Assembly (NCBI GenBank): GCA_032128375.1
Contig: JAQBGU010000232.1
Coordinates: forward strand, 10,362-74,361
Direction of reading: 5' to 3'
DNA from: Deltaproteobacteria bacterium
GTDB taxonomy: Bacteria > Myxococcota_A > UBA9160 > SMWR01
Length of the DNA: 64,000 nt
The notes under the pieces were generated by a model. That model was given only the letters and a program-made list of their open reading frames with translations, did no database searches and had not been told where the DNA came from. Of the stretch, positions 9,022 to 18,462 are shown in pieces; position 1 is the stretch's first letter, and every line of letters starts with the position of its first letter. The translations under genes were made by a program, and so were the position numbers.

Positions 9022-9687
9022 TTGAGCGCAATTCAATCGAGTGTACGAGCGACCATCTGTATTTGCCTTTGGCTCCTGGTCACAGGCTCGGGTTGTGCAC
9101 TTTTCCAGACGGCAAGCCCGACAGGCGGTCAGATCCGATGGGCGGGACGGGTTGACTTCGACGCGCTCGATGGTCGACTCGCGTTTCGACTCGAGCCATC
9201 CGCGAACGGAGTGCGTGTCAAAGATGGAGCCGGCGCCGTTCTGCTCTCGCTGCGACTCCGAGATGAGACCCTGGTAATCGACAATTCGCTCGGGAAGCCA
9301 ATCGGCGTCGTGGTTCCGCCGGAACAGGCGGGAGGGCGCTATCGCATATTGTCTTCCGATGATCGGGCGCTCTTGTTCGAGCTACGTCTAGAGCCGGACG
9401 GCGATCTCGAGGTCATCGATGAGAACGGCAAGGTGATCAACGAGGCCAAACGACGTGGTTATGGATTCAAAGTCGTCGACGAGAGCGGCGAGATGTCGTC
9501 GAAGATCCGAATATCAGAGAACAAGATCTCGCTGAGCGACGCCTCGAGCACGACCTATCTTTCGACGCGAGACCCAATGCCGGCTGTGTCAGCGGCAGCC
9601 ATCGCGTTCGAAGGTCTCAAATTCCAGTATGCGGTTGCGTTCGCCGTGGCGATTGCTCACTGGGCACAGCCGGCAATGATCAGGTGA
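9022..9687 (+). CDS. Hypothetical lipoprotein
   Basis: TTG start after AAGGA; lipobox-like LLVTGSG-C; beta-rich body. Confidence 0.7.
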   Translation: MSAIQSSVRATICICLWLLVTGSGCALFQTASPTGGQIRWAGRVDFDALDGRLAFRLEPSANGVRVKDGAGAVLLSLRLRDETLVIDNSLGKPIGVVVPPEQAGGRYRILSSDDRALLFELRLEPDGDLEVIDENGKVINEAKRRGYGFKVVDESGEMSSKIRISENKISLSDASSTTYLSTRDPMPAVSAAAIAFEGLKFQYAVAFAVAIAHWAQPAMIR

Positions 9688-11038
9688 GGTCGAACTTGTC
9701 TAGTCGGTAGCGCAGCGTATCGCGGGTGAGGCCGAGCAACGCAGCGGCACGCGTTCGGTTGCCATCGGCGCGTTCCAGGGCCTGACGAATCATTTCGCGC
9801 TCGAGTTCCGCGAGGTTGATTCCACCTTCGGGTAGCGCGAATGGGCCAGTATCAGAGGCCTCCACGTGCGGCCTTCGCAATCCGGCGAAGGCAGTGGGGC
9901 CCAGAATGTCGGTGGGTTCGAGCAGGATGGATCGTTCGATTACGTTGCGCAGCTCGCGCACATTTCCAGGCCAGGGGTAGCTCTGCAGTTCACGCTCCCC
10001 GTCCGGACTGAGTTCGACCTTGCGTCCGTAGAGCTGGCCGATCTCGTGACAGAAATGTCTGGCGAGAAGGGGAATATCGTCGGCGCGCGACCGCAGAGGT
10101 GCGATCTCGAAGGAGAGCACGCGCAGTCGATGCAGCAGGTCATTGCGGAACTCGCCGTCTTCGACTGCGACGTCGAGATCGCGGTTGGTTGCAGCCATCA
10201 CATGCACATTCATCGCCCGATCGACTGACGATCCGAGTCTCCTGACACGCTTGTCTTCGAGCACCTTGAGCAGCTTCGCCTGAAGTTCCAGCGGAGCATG
10301 TCCAATCTCGTCGAGGAAGATGCTCCCGCCTTCACCTGCTTCGAAGAGTCCCGTGCGACTGGTCTTGGCGTCGGTGAAGGTTCCTCGCTCGTGACCGAAG
10401 AGTTCAGCTTCGACCAGCGATGCGGGAAAGGCAGTACAATTCATTTCAATGAACGGTCCGCCCCCCAGAAGCTCGTGGATGGCGCGCGCGACGATGCCCT
10501 TTCCGGTGCCTGTTTCGCCGGTGAGCAATACGGCCGGGCGTCGGCCGGGTGGTAGACCTGCCTCCTTCAGGCGCTCTATCTGGGAGAAAATCTGAAGCAC
10601 GCCCGGGTCGCTTCCGACGATTCCAGCCGGCAGAGCGCGACCTCGAGCGCGGTGATAAGCCAATTCCCGATCGCGTCGTTGGCGCGAGACTACGCGGTCT
10701 ACCAGCAGTTGCAGCTCGTCGAGGTCGAGCGGCTTCTGCAGATAGTCCACAGCCCCACGCCTCATTGCCTCGACGGCGTCGCCCACGGTGCCGTGGGCGG
10801 TCATCAATACGACCGGTATCTCGGCATCAATTTCCTGAATCTCTGAAAGCACCTCTAGCCCCGAGCAATCAGGGAGGCGTAGATCGAGGAGCACGAGATC
10901 CGGGGCGACCTTGCCAGCCGCTGCAACGCCATCGGCGCCCAACTCGGCGACGTGCACCTGGTGGCCGCCGCTCTCGAGCGTCCGCGCAATCTGACGGCGC
11001 AACAGGGGTTCGTCTTCGATGACCAATATTGAGGGCAT
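9680..11038 (-). CDS. sigma54-dependent response regulator (NtrC/AtoC family)
   Basis: REC domain (EDE, DLRLPD, KP), Walker A GETGTGKG, GTFTDA (GAFTGA variant), FLDEIG, WPGNVRELRN, Fis-type HTH. Confidence 0.95.
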   Translation of the reverse strand: MPSILVIEDEPLLRRQIARTLESGGHQVHVAELGADGVAAAGKVAPDLVLLDLRLPDCSGLEVLSEIQEIDAEIPVVLMTAHGTVGDAVEAMRRGAVDYLQKPLDLDELQLLVDRVVSRQRRDRELAYHRARGRALPAGIVGSDPGVLQIFSQIERLKEAGLPPGRRPAVLLTGETGTGKGIVARAIHELLGGGPFIEMNCTAFPASLVEAELFGHERGTFTDAKTSRTGLFEAGEGGSIFLDEIGHAPLELQAKLLKVLEDKRVRRLGSSVDRAMNVHVMAATNRDLDVAVEDGEFRNDLLHRLRVLSFEIAPLRSRADDIPLLARHFCHEIGQLYGRKVELSPDGERELQSYPWPGNVRELRNVIERSILLEPTDILGPTAFAGLRRPHVEASDTGPFALPEGGINLAELEREMIRQALERADGNRTRAAALLGLTRDTLRYRLDKFDLT

Positions 11039-11335
11039 AACATGAACCTACCACGTGTGGGCATAGCCCGCGCGGATGGGGATTGGCTCGGACTGTGGAT
11101 CCGGCTGGATCGCTACACGCGCCCGCGGCAATAGGGGCTCAAGCAACCTCGTAGGAATCGGCTGCTCGTCGGGTCGCACACCCGGCGCGTTCGCCAGCCG
11201 ATCCATCGCAACCTGGATCGAGATCGTGATGAGCGCGTCGACATAGCCCTCGTCTCCCGGGCCAGCCCGGATCAGCGCATGGGCGCGGCATGAGAGTTTC
11301 ACTTTGCGGGAACTCGAGCCGTTCGGAACGCGACG

Positions 11336-11454
11336 TGTAAGGGATACCTTACCACTCCGCGAATGGCCCAATGACCCCATTTCGGGATGCGAGCCCGCGG
11401 AAAGCTGTGAGGGATTGCCTTACCTTCAATAGGTAATTGTCCATTAATAGGTAA
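11336..11454. promoter_or_regulatory. Candidate enhancer (UAS) sites for a sigma54 activator
   Basis: GTAAGG-N4-CCTTAC (11337-11352), GTGAGG-N5-CCTTAC (11407-11423), TTACCT-N5-AGGTAA (11420-11436) and direct repeat AATAGGTAA (11428, 11446), about 100-220 bp upstream of a sigma54 promoter. Confidence 0.55.
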
Positions 11455-11558
11455 ATGTTTTCTCCTGGTGGTTTCAGCCTTCGCCACGAGATTCACCTCT
11501 TGTCACCAAGTAGCTGGAACTAAAGGGTTTCCGCCAGGGTCGGAGTTTTCTACAGAGA

Positions 11559-11574
11559 TGGTACGAATTTTGCT
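11559..11574 (+). promoter_or_regulatory. sigma54 (-24/-12) promoter for the small PEP-CTERM gene
   Basis: TGGTACGAATTTTGCT, GG-N10-GC. Confidence 0.85.
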
Positions 11575-11666
11575 TCGTAATTTGCGAGCAAGGGTCCGGA
11601 CGCTAGTCCGTAGCGAAGCCCTCGCTATTTCTCCGCAGCAGCGAAGAATTGAGGAGCATAAGGAAC

Positions 11667-12410
11667 ATGCGAAGCAGCTTCGGCTTTCTCGGCGCAGCTT
11701 TGGTGATCCTGGGAGCTGGCTCGGCCCAGGCGACCCCAATCAGCGTCGATCAGATCATCTATGAAAGTGCGCTGGGTACCCTGGTCGATCCGTCGGCGCT
11801 GAGTGGGACGATCGACGTGACGGCCCTCGGCAACACCCTGACCATCCTTCTGACGAATACGTCGCCGGATGCTGCCTTCGTCGGTGGCGGTGCGCCGGCG
11901 ACGATGCTGCTCACGGGTTTCGGGATCCAGCTCGGAAACCTCGACATCGTCAGTGGAGTCGTCACGGTCAATGGTGGATCGAGCGCTCTGAATTTCGGCG
12001 CGCAAGCTACGCCGGATATCTCGAACCAATGGCTCTTCGCGAATCAGTCGATCGACGGGTACAGCTCGATTCTCGGTGTGCTTGCTGTGGATACCGTCAC
12101 GTCAACGGTCCATAACGGCACAGGAACACGCTTCGCGGGCCCTCCTCCGCCCACCCTCGATGGCCCGAATTTCGGGGCGCTCAGCGCCTTCGAAACCGAG
12201 TTTGGCGCTTCTACCGCGGGTGTCCAGGATACCATCCAGCTTGTGCTGACTCTTGATGGTCTTGCACCGACACCGGGCGCGATCGACGCGGGGAATGTCG
12301 TCCTGGCGTTCGGATCTCCTGAAGCCCTCGCAGGGGTACCGGAGCCGGGCACGGGACTGCTCCTGAGCGCAGGCCTGGTCGGATTGGCGTGGCGCAAGCG
12401 CAGGAAATGA
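11667..12410 (+). CDS. PEP-CTERM sorted protein
   Basis: ATG 11667 after AAGGA; signal peptide ...SAQA-TP; C-terminal VPEPGTGLLLSAGLVGLAWRKRRK. Confidence 0.95.
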   Translation: MRSSFGFLGAALVILGAGSAQATPISVDQIIYESALGTLVDPSALSGTIDVTALGNTLTILLTNTSPDAAFVGGGAPATMLLTGFGIQLGNLDIVSGVVTVNGGSSALNFGAQATPDISNQWLFANQSIDGYSSILGVLAVDTVTSTVHNGTGTRFAGPPPPTLDGPNFGALSAFETEFGASTAGVQDTIQLVLTLDGLAPTPGAIDAGNVVLAFGSPEALAGVPEPGTGLLLSAGLVGLAWRKRRK

Positions 12411-12442
12411 CGGCCTGGAGACAGGACACACCCTCGGCTCTC

Positions 12443-12477
12443 AACGCCCCGACCTGTGTCGGGGCGTTTTCTCTTCT
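12443..12477 (+). terminator. Intrinsic terminator
   Basis: AACGCCCCGAC-CTGT-GTCGGGGCGTT perfect 11-bp stem followed by TTCTCTTCT. Confidence 0.75.
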
Positions 12478-12584
12478 GGGTATTTCACCAACCGCGACCC
12501 GATGAGCCGTCGTCAAGGCCGCGCGGAATCATCGCTCGGGAAGTATCAGAGAGGCCCGTAGGCTCGATACAGACTTTCGCCAGG

Positions 12585-13136
12585 TCAGCGCGAACTCGGC
12601 GCAACTGGCGCAACTGGCGCAACTGGCAACAGTGGCGTCAGCGAGACCTCGATGATCTCGTATTTCGCATCGCCTTTTGGGCGCTTCACGACGACATCAC
12701 TGCCTTCTGGGCGTCCGAGCAGCGCGCGCCCGACGGGTGAATCCATACTGATGTAACCCCTGGAGACGTCGAATTCGTCGGGCCCCACGATTCGGTAGAT
12801 GGTCTCGACGCCCGCTTCGTCTGCCAGGCGCATCCATGCGCCGAAGCAGACTTTGCCGGCTTCGCCACGGCCGGTGTCAGGGTCGATGATGGTCAATTCC
12901 TTCAGACGTTTGTCGAGAAACTCGACACGGCTATCGATTTCACTCAGCCGCCGTTTGCCGTACTGGTAATCGGCGTTCTCTGAACGGTCGCCTAGCGCGG
13001 CTGCGACGCGCACCGCTTCCGCCACTTTCGGTCGTTCCACTCTCCACAGGTGGTCGAACTCCCGGTTCAGTGCTTGCGCACCCTCGGGTGTGATGTACGG
13101 CGAACCCGCCGGTCGTTCGGTTCTTTTGCGAGACAT
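12585..13136 (-). CDS. greB: Transcription elongation factor GreB
   Basis: YITPEG, LWRVERP, GDRSENADYQYGKRRL.EID.R, IVGPDE, ISMDSPVGRAL. Start 13136. PVAPVAPVAP tail comes from a 3x9-bp repeat (12598-12624). Confidence 0.93.
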   Translation of the reverse strand: MSRKRTERPAGSPYITPEGAQALNREFDHLWRVERPKVAEAVRVAAALGDRSENADYQYGKRRLSEIDSRVEFLDKRLKELTIIDPDTGRGEAGKVCFGAWMRLADEAGVETIYRIVGPDEFDVSRGYISMDSPVGRALLGRPEGSDVVVKRPKGDAKYEIIEVSLTPLLPVAPVAPVAPSSR

Positions 13137-13188
13137 GAGGCCGGTTCTCCGCGCGCCTTTCGCTTGTGCGGATCTGGCTGGGCTTGTC

Positions 13189-13785
13189 TCAGCCGGTGTC
13201 TCCGCCTTTCCAGAACTGCTTGTCCTGTGACCATTTCCGGGCCATCTCCCGAATCGTCGGGTTCGCACCGCGCTCGGCGAGTAACTCTGCGTGCTTGCGG
13301 GTCAGGCGCGAATCGCGGATCAGGGCCGTCTGAATCGCGGCATCCCTGTACTCGATCACCTGGGCCATATGATCTTCGGTCAGCCCGCTCTCCATCTGGC
13401 GTGTCAGATAGGTCCGCCGAATCAATGCCTCGTGGCTTCGCATCAGCTTTGGGTCGGATCGCGCGATTCGCTCCAGCTGTCGGAGATCGATGCGCGGTGA
13501 CTGGATCAACTCGACGATCGACGCATGCGACAATTTCGAGTCCGAATCCGCTTTCATGATACTCAGAAAAGCATCGATCTGCGCGTCGGACAGGGGAGAG
13601 GCTCCAACCAGCCACGCGCTGGCCGTCTGTCCCCGATACTTCGCGGTCTTCTTGGACCCGCCCGATTGGAATCGCTCAAATTGCTCAGCCAGCGATGCGC
13701 TGTCGAGGATTCCTGCTCGCAACCACTCGTTTGTGTATCCGAGAGCCTCGAGCGCGATATCCTCGCTCCTCGTCAGATCACTCAT
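13189..13785 (-). CDS. Hypothetical helical protein
   Basis: ATG 13785 with GGAGG RBS; natural composition; no motif recognised. Confidence 0.7.
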   Translation of the reverse strand: MSDLTRSEDIALEALGYTNEWLRAGILDSASLAEQFERFQSGGSKKTAKYRGQTASAWLVGASPLSDAQIDAFLSIMKADSDSKLSHASIVELIQSPRIDLRQLERIARSDPKLMRSHEALIRRTYLTRQMESGLTEDHMAQVIEYRDAAIQTALIRDSRLTRKHAELLAERGANPTIREMARKWSQDKQFWKGGDTG

Positions 13786-13929
13786 CAAGCCTCCATCGAA
13801 GTCTGCGAAGTTTCGCCCTAGGAGGTTGTTCGGCTGACCGGCTCGTCGAGATCCCAAGAAAACGATCGTAGAGCATCGTCAGCGTCGCATCGCTCGGGTT
13901 CGGCGGCGAAAAGAGCCTTCGCGTCCGGG

Positions 13930-15624
13930 CTAGGGGTTCATCGTGTATGCGCCGTCCAACGCCTCCACGTGCTGGTGCCACACGCGAGAGTAACGATCCG
14001 GATCGTGTGCCGGCTTGCGTATGATCTCGCGACAAGCGGCGATCTGCACATCGTTGCTGCTGGGCTGGCCGAGCACCCCGAGCGCGTGTCCCGACACGTC
14101 GCGAACCATGAATTCGAAAATCTGGTCGATCAGGTCGTCGTCCATGTCGTAGAGGCGCGCGTTTTCGAGGATCAGCTGCGCGTAGACGACCAGCGCGAAG
14201 ATTTCGCCCAGGGCCAACAGAAAATCGACGTCCTTCATTTGGTCGGGTCCGGGGGGCGCCGCCGCGAGCATCTTGCGAAATCGCTCGGTTTGCTCGAAGA
14301 AAAGGCGCACGTTCGGCAGCTCGACGCCATCGAATGCGCGCTGGTAGTCGTGAAACTGAATCTGGCCGAGGCCCCCGGCGCTTCCCTGGTCGAAAAGGAA
14401 GTCGTCGTTGTCGTCGCGATCTTGTCGCCCGATCTCTGGAAACGACGCAGGGTTGAAAAAAAAGTTGGGCATGAACTTTGCGATCAGTGCAACGTTTACG
14501 TGCACGGTTCCCTCGAGTTTGGGGAGCGCTCGGATGTCGACGGCCGCCTGGCTGAAATACATATCCTTCTCGAAGCCTTTGGCTGCAATTGCGTCCCAGA
14601 GCAGGTTGATGACGGCTTCCCCCTGGGTCGTGACCTTCATCTTGACCATCGGGTTGTAAAGCAGGTAGCGACGATCATCGGAACTGGCTGCGCGCATGTA
14701 GTCGGCAGCGCGGAGTGCAAAGAGCTTCATCGCTACTAGCCGCGCGTGGCCTTCGACCAACATATGGCGCACGTGCGACATGTCGGTCACCCGCATGCCG
14801 TAGAGCTTCCGGTTGTGCGCATGTGCGACAGCTTCGTAGAGGGCGTGCGTACAGATCCCGATCGATGCCCAGCCGAGGTTGAATTTTCCGACGTTCACCG
14901 TATTGAGCGCGGCGTTCCAGGCATCGCGCCCGCGGTGCATGATGTCGGATTCCCGCACCTTGTAGTCGCGCAACTCGAACTCGGATACGTAGTTCTGGCT
15001 CGCCACGACGTTTCTTACGAGGTGATAGTTCGGGTCGCGCGGGTCAGCGGCAAAGAAGACGTACTCGTCGCCGTCTGCAAAACGACCGAAGGTCGAAACG
15101 ATGTCGGCCGCGTTGCCGTTTCCGATGTAGTACTTGCACCCATTGGCTCGCCAGCCGTCGCCGTCAGGTGTGAGCACCATGTCGGTCGAATAGATGTCGG
15201 CGCCGTGAGTCCTCTCGGACAGGCCGAAGGCGAAGATGCCGCCGTCTTCCAGTGCTTGGGCCGCGCGCTTGCGGACAGGCTCGTTGTCACTCATCCAGAT
15301 CGGACCCAGTCCGAGAACCGATACCTGCCACGTATACCAGTACCCGAGACCGTAGAAGCCCAGAATCTCCGCGAACTCGCAGATGCGCCAGGTATCCCAG
15401 CGCGTATCCGCGGCGCCCTCACCGCTGGGCGTGCACATCGACGCGAAGATGCGCTCCTTGTGCGCGAACTCGAGGAAGTCCGCGTACCACTCCTGCGCGT
15501 AATAGTCCTCGAGGAGTTTTGTTTTGCCCTTGGCCTCGAAAAAATCGATGGTCTTGCGCATGATCTCGGACGAGCGCGCGTCGGGGTACGATCGATCGTG
15601 GTTCTTGGGGTTGAGCAGAATCAT
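13930..15624 (-). CDS. Acyl-CoA dehydrogenase
   Basis: AFGLSERTHGAD, NGCKYYIGN, ALNTVNVGK, ALPKLEGTVHVN. Start MILLNPK at 15624. Confidence 0.93.
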   Translation of the reverse strand: MILLNPKNHDRSYPDARSSEIMRKTIDFFEAKGKTKLLEDYYAQEWYADFLEFAHKERIFASMCTPSGEGAADTRWDTWRICEFAEILGFYGLGYWYTWQVSVLGLGPIWMSDNEPVRKRAAQALEDGGIFAFGLSERTHGADIYSTDMVLTPDGDGWRANGCKYYIGNGNAADIVSTFGRFADGDEYVFFAADPRDPNYHLVRNVVASQNYVSEFELRDYKVRESDIMHRGRDAWNAALNTVNVGKFNLGWASIGICTHALYEAVAHAHNRKLYGMRVTDMSHVRHMLVEGHARLVAMKLFALRAADYMRAASSDDRRYLLYNPMVKMKVTTQGEAVINLLWDAIAAKGFEKDMYFSQAAVDIRALPKLEGTVHVNVALIAKFMPNFFFNPASFPEIGRQDRDDNDDFLFDQGSAGGLGQIQFHDYQRAFDGVELPNVRLFFEQTERFRKMLAAAPPGPDQMKDVDFLLALGEIFALVVYAQLILENARLYDMDDDLIDQIFEFMVRDVSGHALGVLGQPSSNDVQIAACREIIRKPAHDPDRYSRVWHQHVEALDGAYTMNP

Positions 15625-15667
15625 GGCGCCTCCATCAGGGCTCGTGCGCAGCCGTGCCAAACTCCCG

Positions 15668-16999
15668 CTAACGCTGCGGCGGGTTGGCGGCGGTGGCGTA
15701 CGGAAGGATTGTCTTGAGCAGATCCACCGTCGTTTCCAGCGAGCGGTTGACACCCGACAGCAGGCCCAGCACGCGGCCGAGTAGCACGATGTGGGAGGGC
15801 ACTCGGACGATCGGATTCGAGCGAATTTCTTCTGACACGGATTCACCGATCTCCTGCAACAGGTCCCGGTCCACGTAACTCTGGTCTTGTACGAGTAGCG
15901 CCGCATCTAGCATGAAGCGCGCAAGCTTTGCCAGTGAGTCGGGCCGGCCGTCGCGCGTTTCGAAACCCAGTTCGAGCAGTGCGACTCCCATCGCATCTGC
16001 GTCGGCCCGCAGCAGCGACATCGCGAACGCGGCGATTCCCTTCCGGAACGTCGGCGGCAAATCCTTGACCAGACCGAAGTCGAGCAAGACCAGCTTCGGG
16101 GCGCCGCCGGGGCCGCGTTGGACCAACAGGTTGCCCGGGTGGGGATCTGCGTGGAACAGGCCGCGCACCAGGATCTGCTCGCAGAAAGTCTCGATCAGCA
16201 GCTTCGCCACTGGCGCAACATCGATGTCGGCCGCCCGCAAGCCAGCGAGATCGGTAATCTTGATTCCGTCCATGTATTCCATGACCAATACGCGACGGGT
16301 CGTGTATCGCCAGTGGATCTGGGGGATCGCGACGTCGGGCCGATGTTCGAAATAGCCGGCGATCTTCTCTGCGTTCGCGCCTTCGTTCTCGAAATCGAGC
16401 TCGAGAGGAACGTACTGCCCCAACTCGTCGATCAGCGGGAGCAGGTCGAAGTCGCGTTCGAAATAGCTCACGGCCCGAAACAACGCGCGCAGGCTCGAGA
16501 GATCCGTGTAGACCAGTGCTTCGATCTCCGGATACTGCACTTTGACCGCCACGCGCTCGCCCGAGTGAAGCCGGGCTTCGTGTACCTGCGCCAGCGATGC
16601 GGACGCGATCGGAGTGCGACTGAAGTCGTCGAAAACTTCGTCGAGATTCGCGCCGAACTCCGACTCGACGATTTCGCGGACGACGTCAAACGGCCGCGCG
16701 GGTACACGATCTTGAAGTCGCGATAGCACCTCTACGTACTCCGGAGGCAGCACGTCCGATCGCGACCCGATGAACTGACAGCCCTTCAGGATCATTCCGC
16801 CGAGTTCGACCGCGGCTTCGTAGATGGACTCCGCGCTGGTCCGATTGAACTTTGACCAGCGTTCTGCCATGTCTCTGGGCCGCAAGCGCTTCGCGATCAT
16901 CCGGTTGACGCGGATTCCCAGATAGATGCGCCCGAAGGTGGTGCTGATTCTGCGCGCCCGGTAGATCCGATTGGCCAGCGATACCGAATCAGCGGGCAT
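15668..16999 (-). CDS. ABC1/UbiB/AarF-family atypical kinase
   Basis: KGCQ (KxGQ variant), ASASLAQVH, VAVKVQYP, FHADPHPGN, LDFG. Confidence 0.93.
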   Translation of the reverse strand: MPADSVSLANRIYRARRISTTFGRIYLGIRVNRMIAKRLRPRDMAERWSKFNRTSAESIYEAAVELGGMILKGCQFIGSRSDVLPPEYVEVLSRLQDRVPARPFDVVREIVESEFGANLDEVFDDFSRTPIASASLAQVHEARLHSGERVAVKVQYPEIEALVYTDLSSLRALFRAVSYFERDFDLLPLIDELGQYVPLELDFENEGANAEKIAGYFEHRPDVAIPQIHWRYTTRRVLVMEYMDGIKITDLAGLRAADIDVAPVAKLLIETFCEQILVRGLFHADPHPGNLLVQRGPGGAPKLVLLDFGLVKDLPPTFRKGIAAFAMSLLRADADAMGVALLELGFETRDGRPDSLAKLARFMLDAALLVQDQSYVDRDLLQEIGESVSEEIRSNPIVRVPSHIVLLGRVLGLLSGVNRSLETTVDLLKTILPYATAANPPQR

Positions 17000-17004
17000 G
17001 CCCG

Positions 17005-18462
17005 CTACCAGAGCTTCGGTGGAGCCGTCGGGCAGGACCACGCCTCTTCGAGCGAGTCGTCTTGGATTTCGTCGTCGTCCATGTTCGCGGCATTGTGTGG
17101 GTCATCATCACCCGCAGCGGCGACGTCGACGGCATCTTCTTCGAAGTAGGCGCCGACGTATTGGTCATCGCCGGCCGGGTTTTCGTAGGCCCCGACGCCA
17201 AATTCATCATCATCAGCTTCGTCCGCGTCTTCGTCGAGGTATGGCGGTGTGTATGCGCACTCGACCCAGCCGGGTGCCGGGAACTCCAGAATGAAACTCG
17301 TGCCGAAGCTGCGGTAGCGGAACTCGCCGTCGTACAAGAAGCTGAAGCCGATGGCCGGCGCTGGGATCTCCGAGAGGTAGCCTTTCTCGACGAGCGCTTG
17401 CAGTTCGTCGGGATAGATTTCTTCCTTATCGAGATAGTTGGCCAGCGCATCGGTGACCTCACGGGCGAGTATTTCGCGCGTTACGTAGTAGTCGTATCGG
17501 GCCAGTGCCTGGCCGGATACGACCGGGACGGCGATCATCGCCGCGCCGACCGCCAAACCTACGGCCCGCCGATTCAACCCTTCGACGCCACCCGCGCGCA
17601 GAGTGCCGAGCCCGATCGCGATCGCGCAGGCAACCGCCATTGCGCTCGAGGTCGCCACGCCGACACTGAATGCAAAAACACCGATCGAATCGCCGAGCCA
17701 CAACAAGCATACGGGTACTGCGAGCCCAAGCGCGACTCCGACGATGCCCGCGCCGAGCGCGGCAGAGCCAGAACTGCGTCGAGCGCGTGCAATTCCGGCG
17801 ATACCGATCGCGGTACCGACCATCAAGACCAACGTGAACACCGAGCCCAGCCCGATTCCGAACATCGAAATCGCGGGCCAAGGCGAGATCGCGAACTGAA
17901 GACTCTGGTCGGTACCTGTTGCGTTGCGAATGAACGCCAGGATCAACAAGAGAAAAGGTAGATAGGTCGCAATGCGGGCGGGCCAACCCAGCCGCAACCA
18001 GCTGTGTGCCAGAAACGGCGCCGCAATCGAGAAGCCGATCGCCAACGTCATCAGCGTCAGCACGGCCGAAGCGCGCCAGTGGAAGAAGGTCCAGATCTGC
18101 TCGGCTTCGGTTCCGTAGTAGACGTAGCAGAGGGTCGCGAGCACACACGAAATCGCGATTGCACGCGCGACTGCCGAGCGGTTGGTGATAAAAATCGCCA
18201 CCGCCAGAAAGAGTGCCGGAATTCCAAACCAAGCCAGCGCCGCGCCGAGCGTTTCGAATAACTCCGAGATGATCGGCGCGCTGAACAGAAAACTGGTCGG
18301 CGTGTACCAGTTTTGGCCGCGACCTGGCTCGGGCCCGATTCCCTGGTGAATCAAGTAGGTGTACACCAGCAGGGTGGTGAGTAGAGCCCAACCTAGAACC
18401 GAACTCGTTCGGGCATCCGGCTCGGAGTCGACCGCGGGTATTTCCTCTTGCTGTTTGGACAT
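17005..18462 (-). CDS. Polytopic membrane protein with a C-terminal pseudopilin-head-like segment and acidic loop
   Basis: About 10 hydrophobic segments, then ALANYLDKEEIYPDELQALVEKGYLSEIP and a Cys-flanked D/E-rich tract. Confidence 0.75.
   Translation of the reverse strand: MSKQQEEIPAVDSEPDARTSSVLGWALLTTLLVYTYLIHQGIGPEPGRGQNWYTPTSFLFSAPIISELFETLGAALAWFGIPALFLAVAIFITNRSAVARAIAISCVLATLCYVYYGTEAEQIWTFFHWRASAVLTLMTLAIGFSIAAPFLAHSWLRLGWPARIATYLPFLLLILAFIRNATGTDQSLQFAISPWPAISMFGIGLGSVFTLVLMVGTAIGIAGIARARRSSGSAALGAGIVGVALGLAVPVCLLWLGDSIGVFAFSVGVATSSAMAVACAIAIGLGTLRAGGVEGLNRRAVGLAVGAAMIAVPVVSGQALARYDYYVTREILAREVTDALANYLDKEEIYPDELQALVEKGYLSEIPAPAIGFSFLYDGEFRYRSFGTSFILEFPAPGWVECAYTPPYLDEDADEADDDEFGVGAYENPAGDDQYVGAYFEEDAVDVAAAGDDDPHNAANMDDDEIQDDSLEEAWSCPTAPPKLW

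Noticed and set aside
11048..11380. 110-aa ORF as a remnant of the missing histidine kinase
   Set aside because: No recognisable H, N, G1 or G2 boxes, and it overlaps the regulatory region; cannot be supported.
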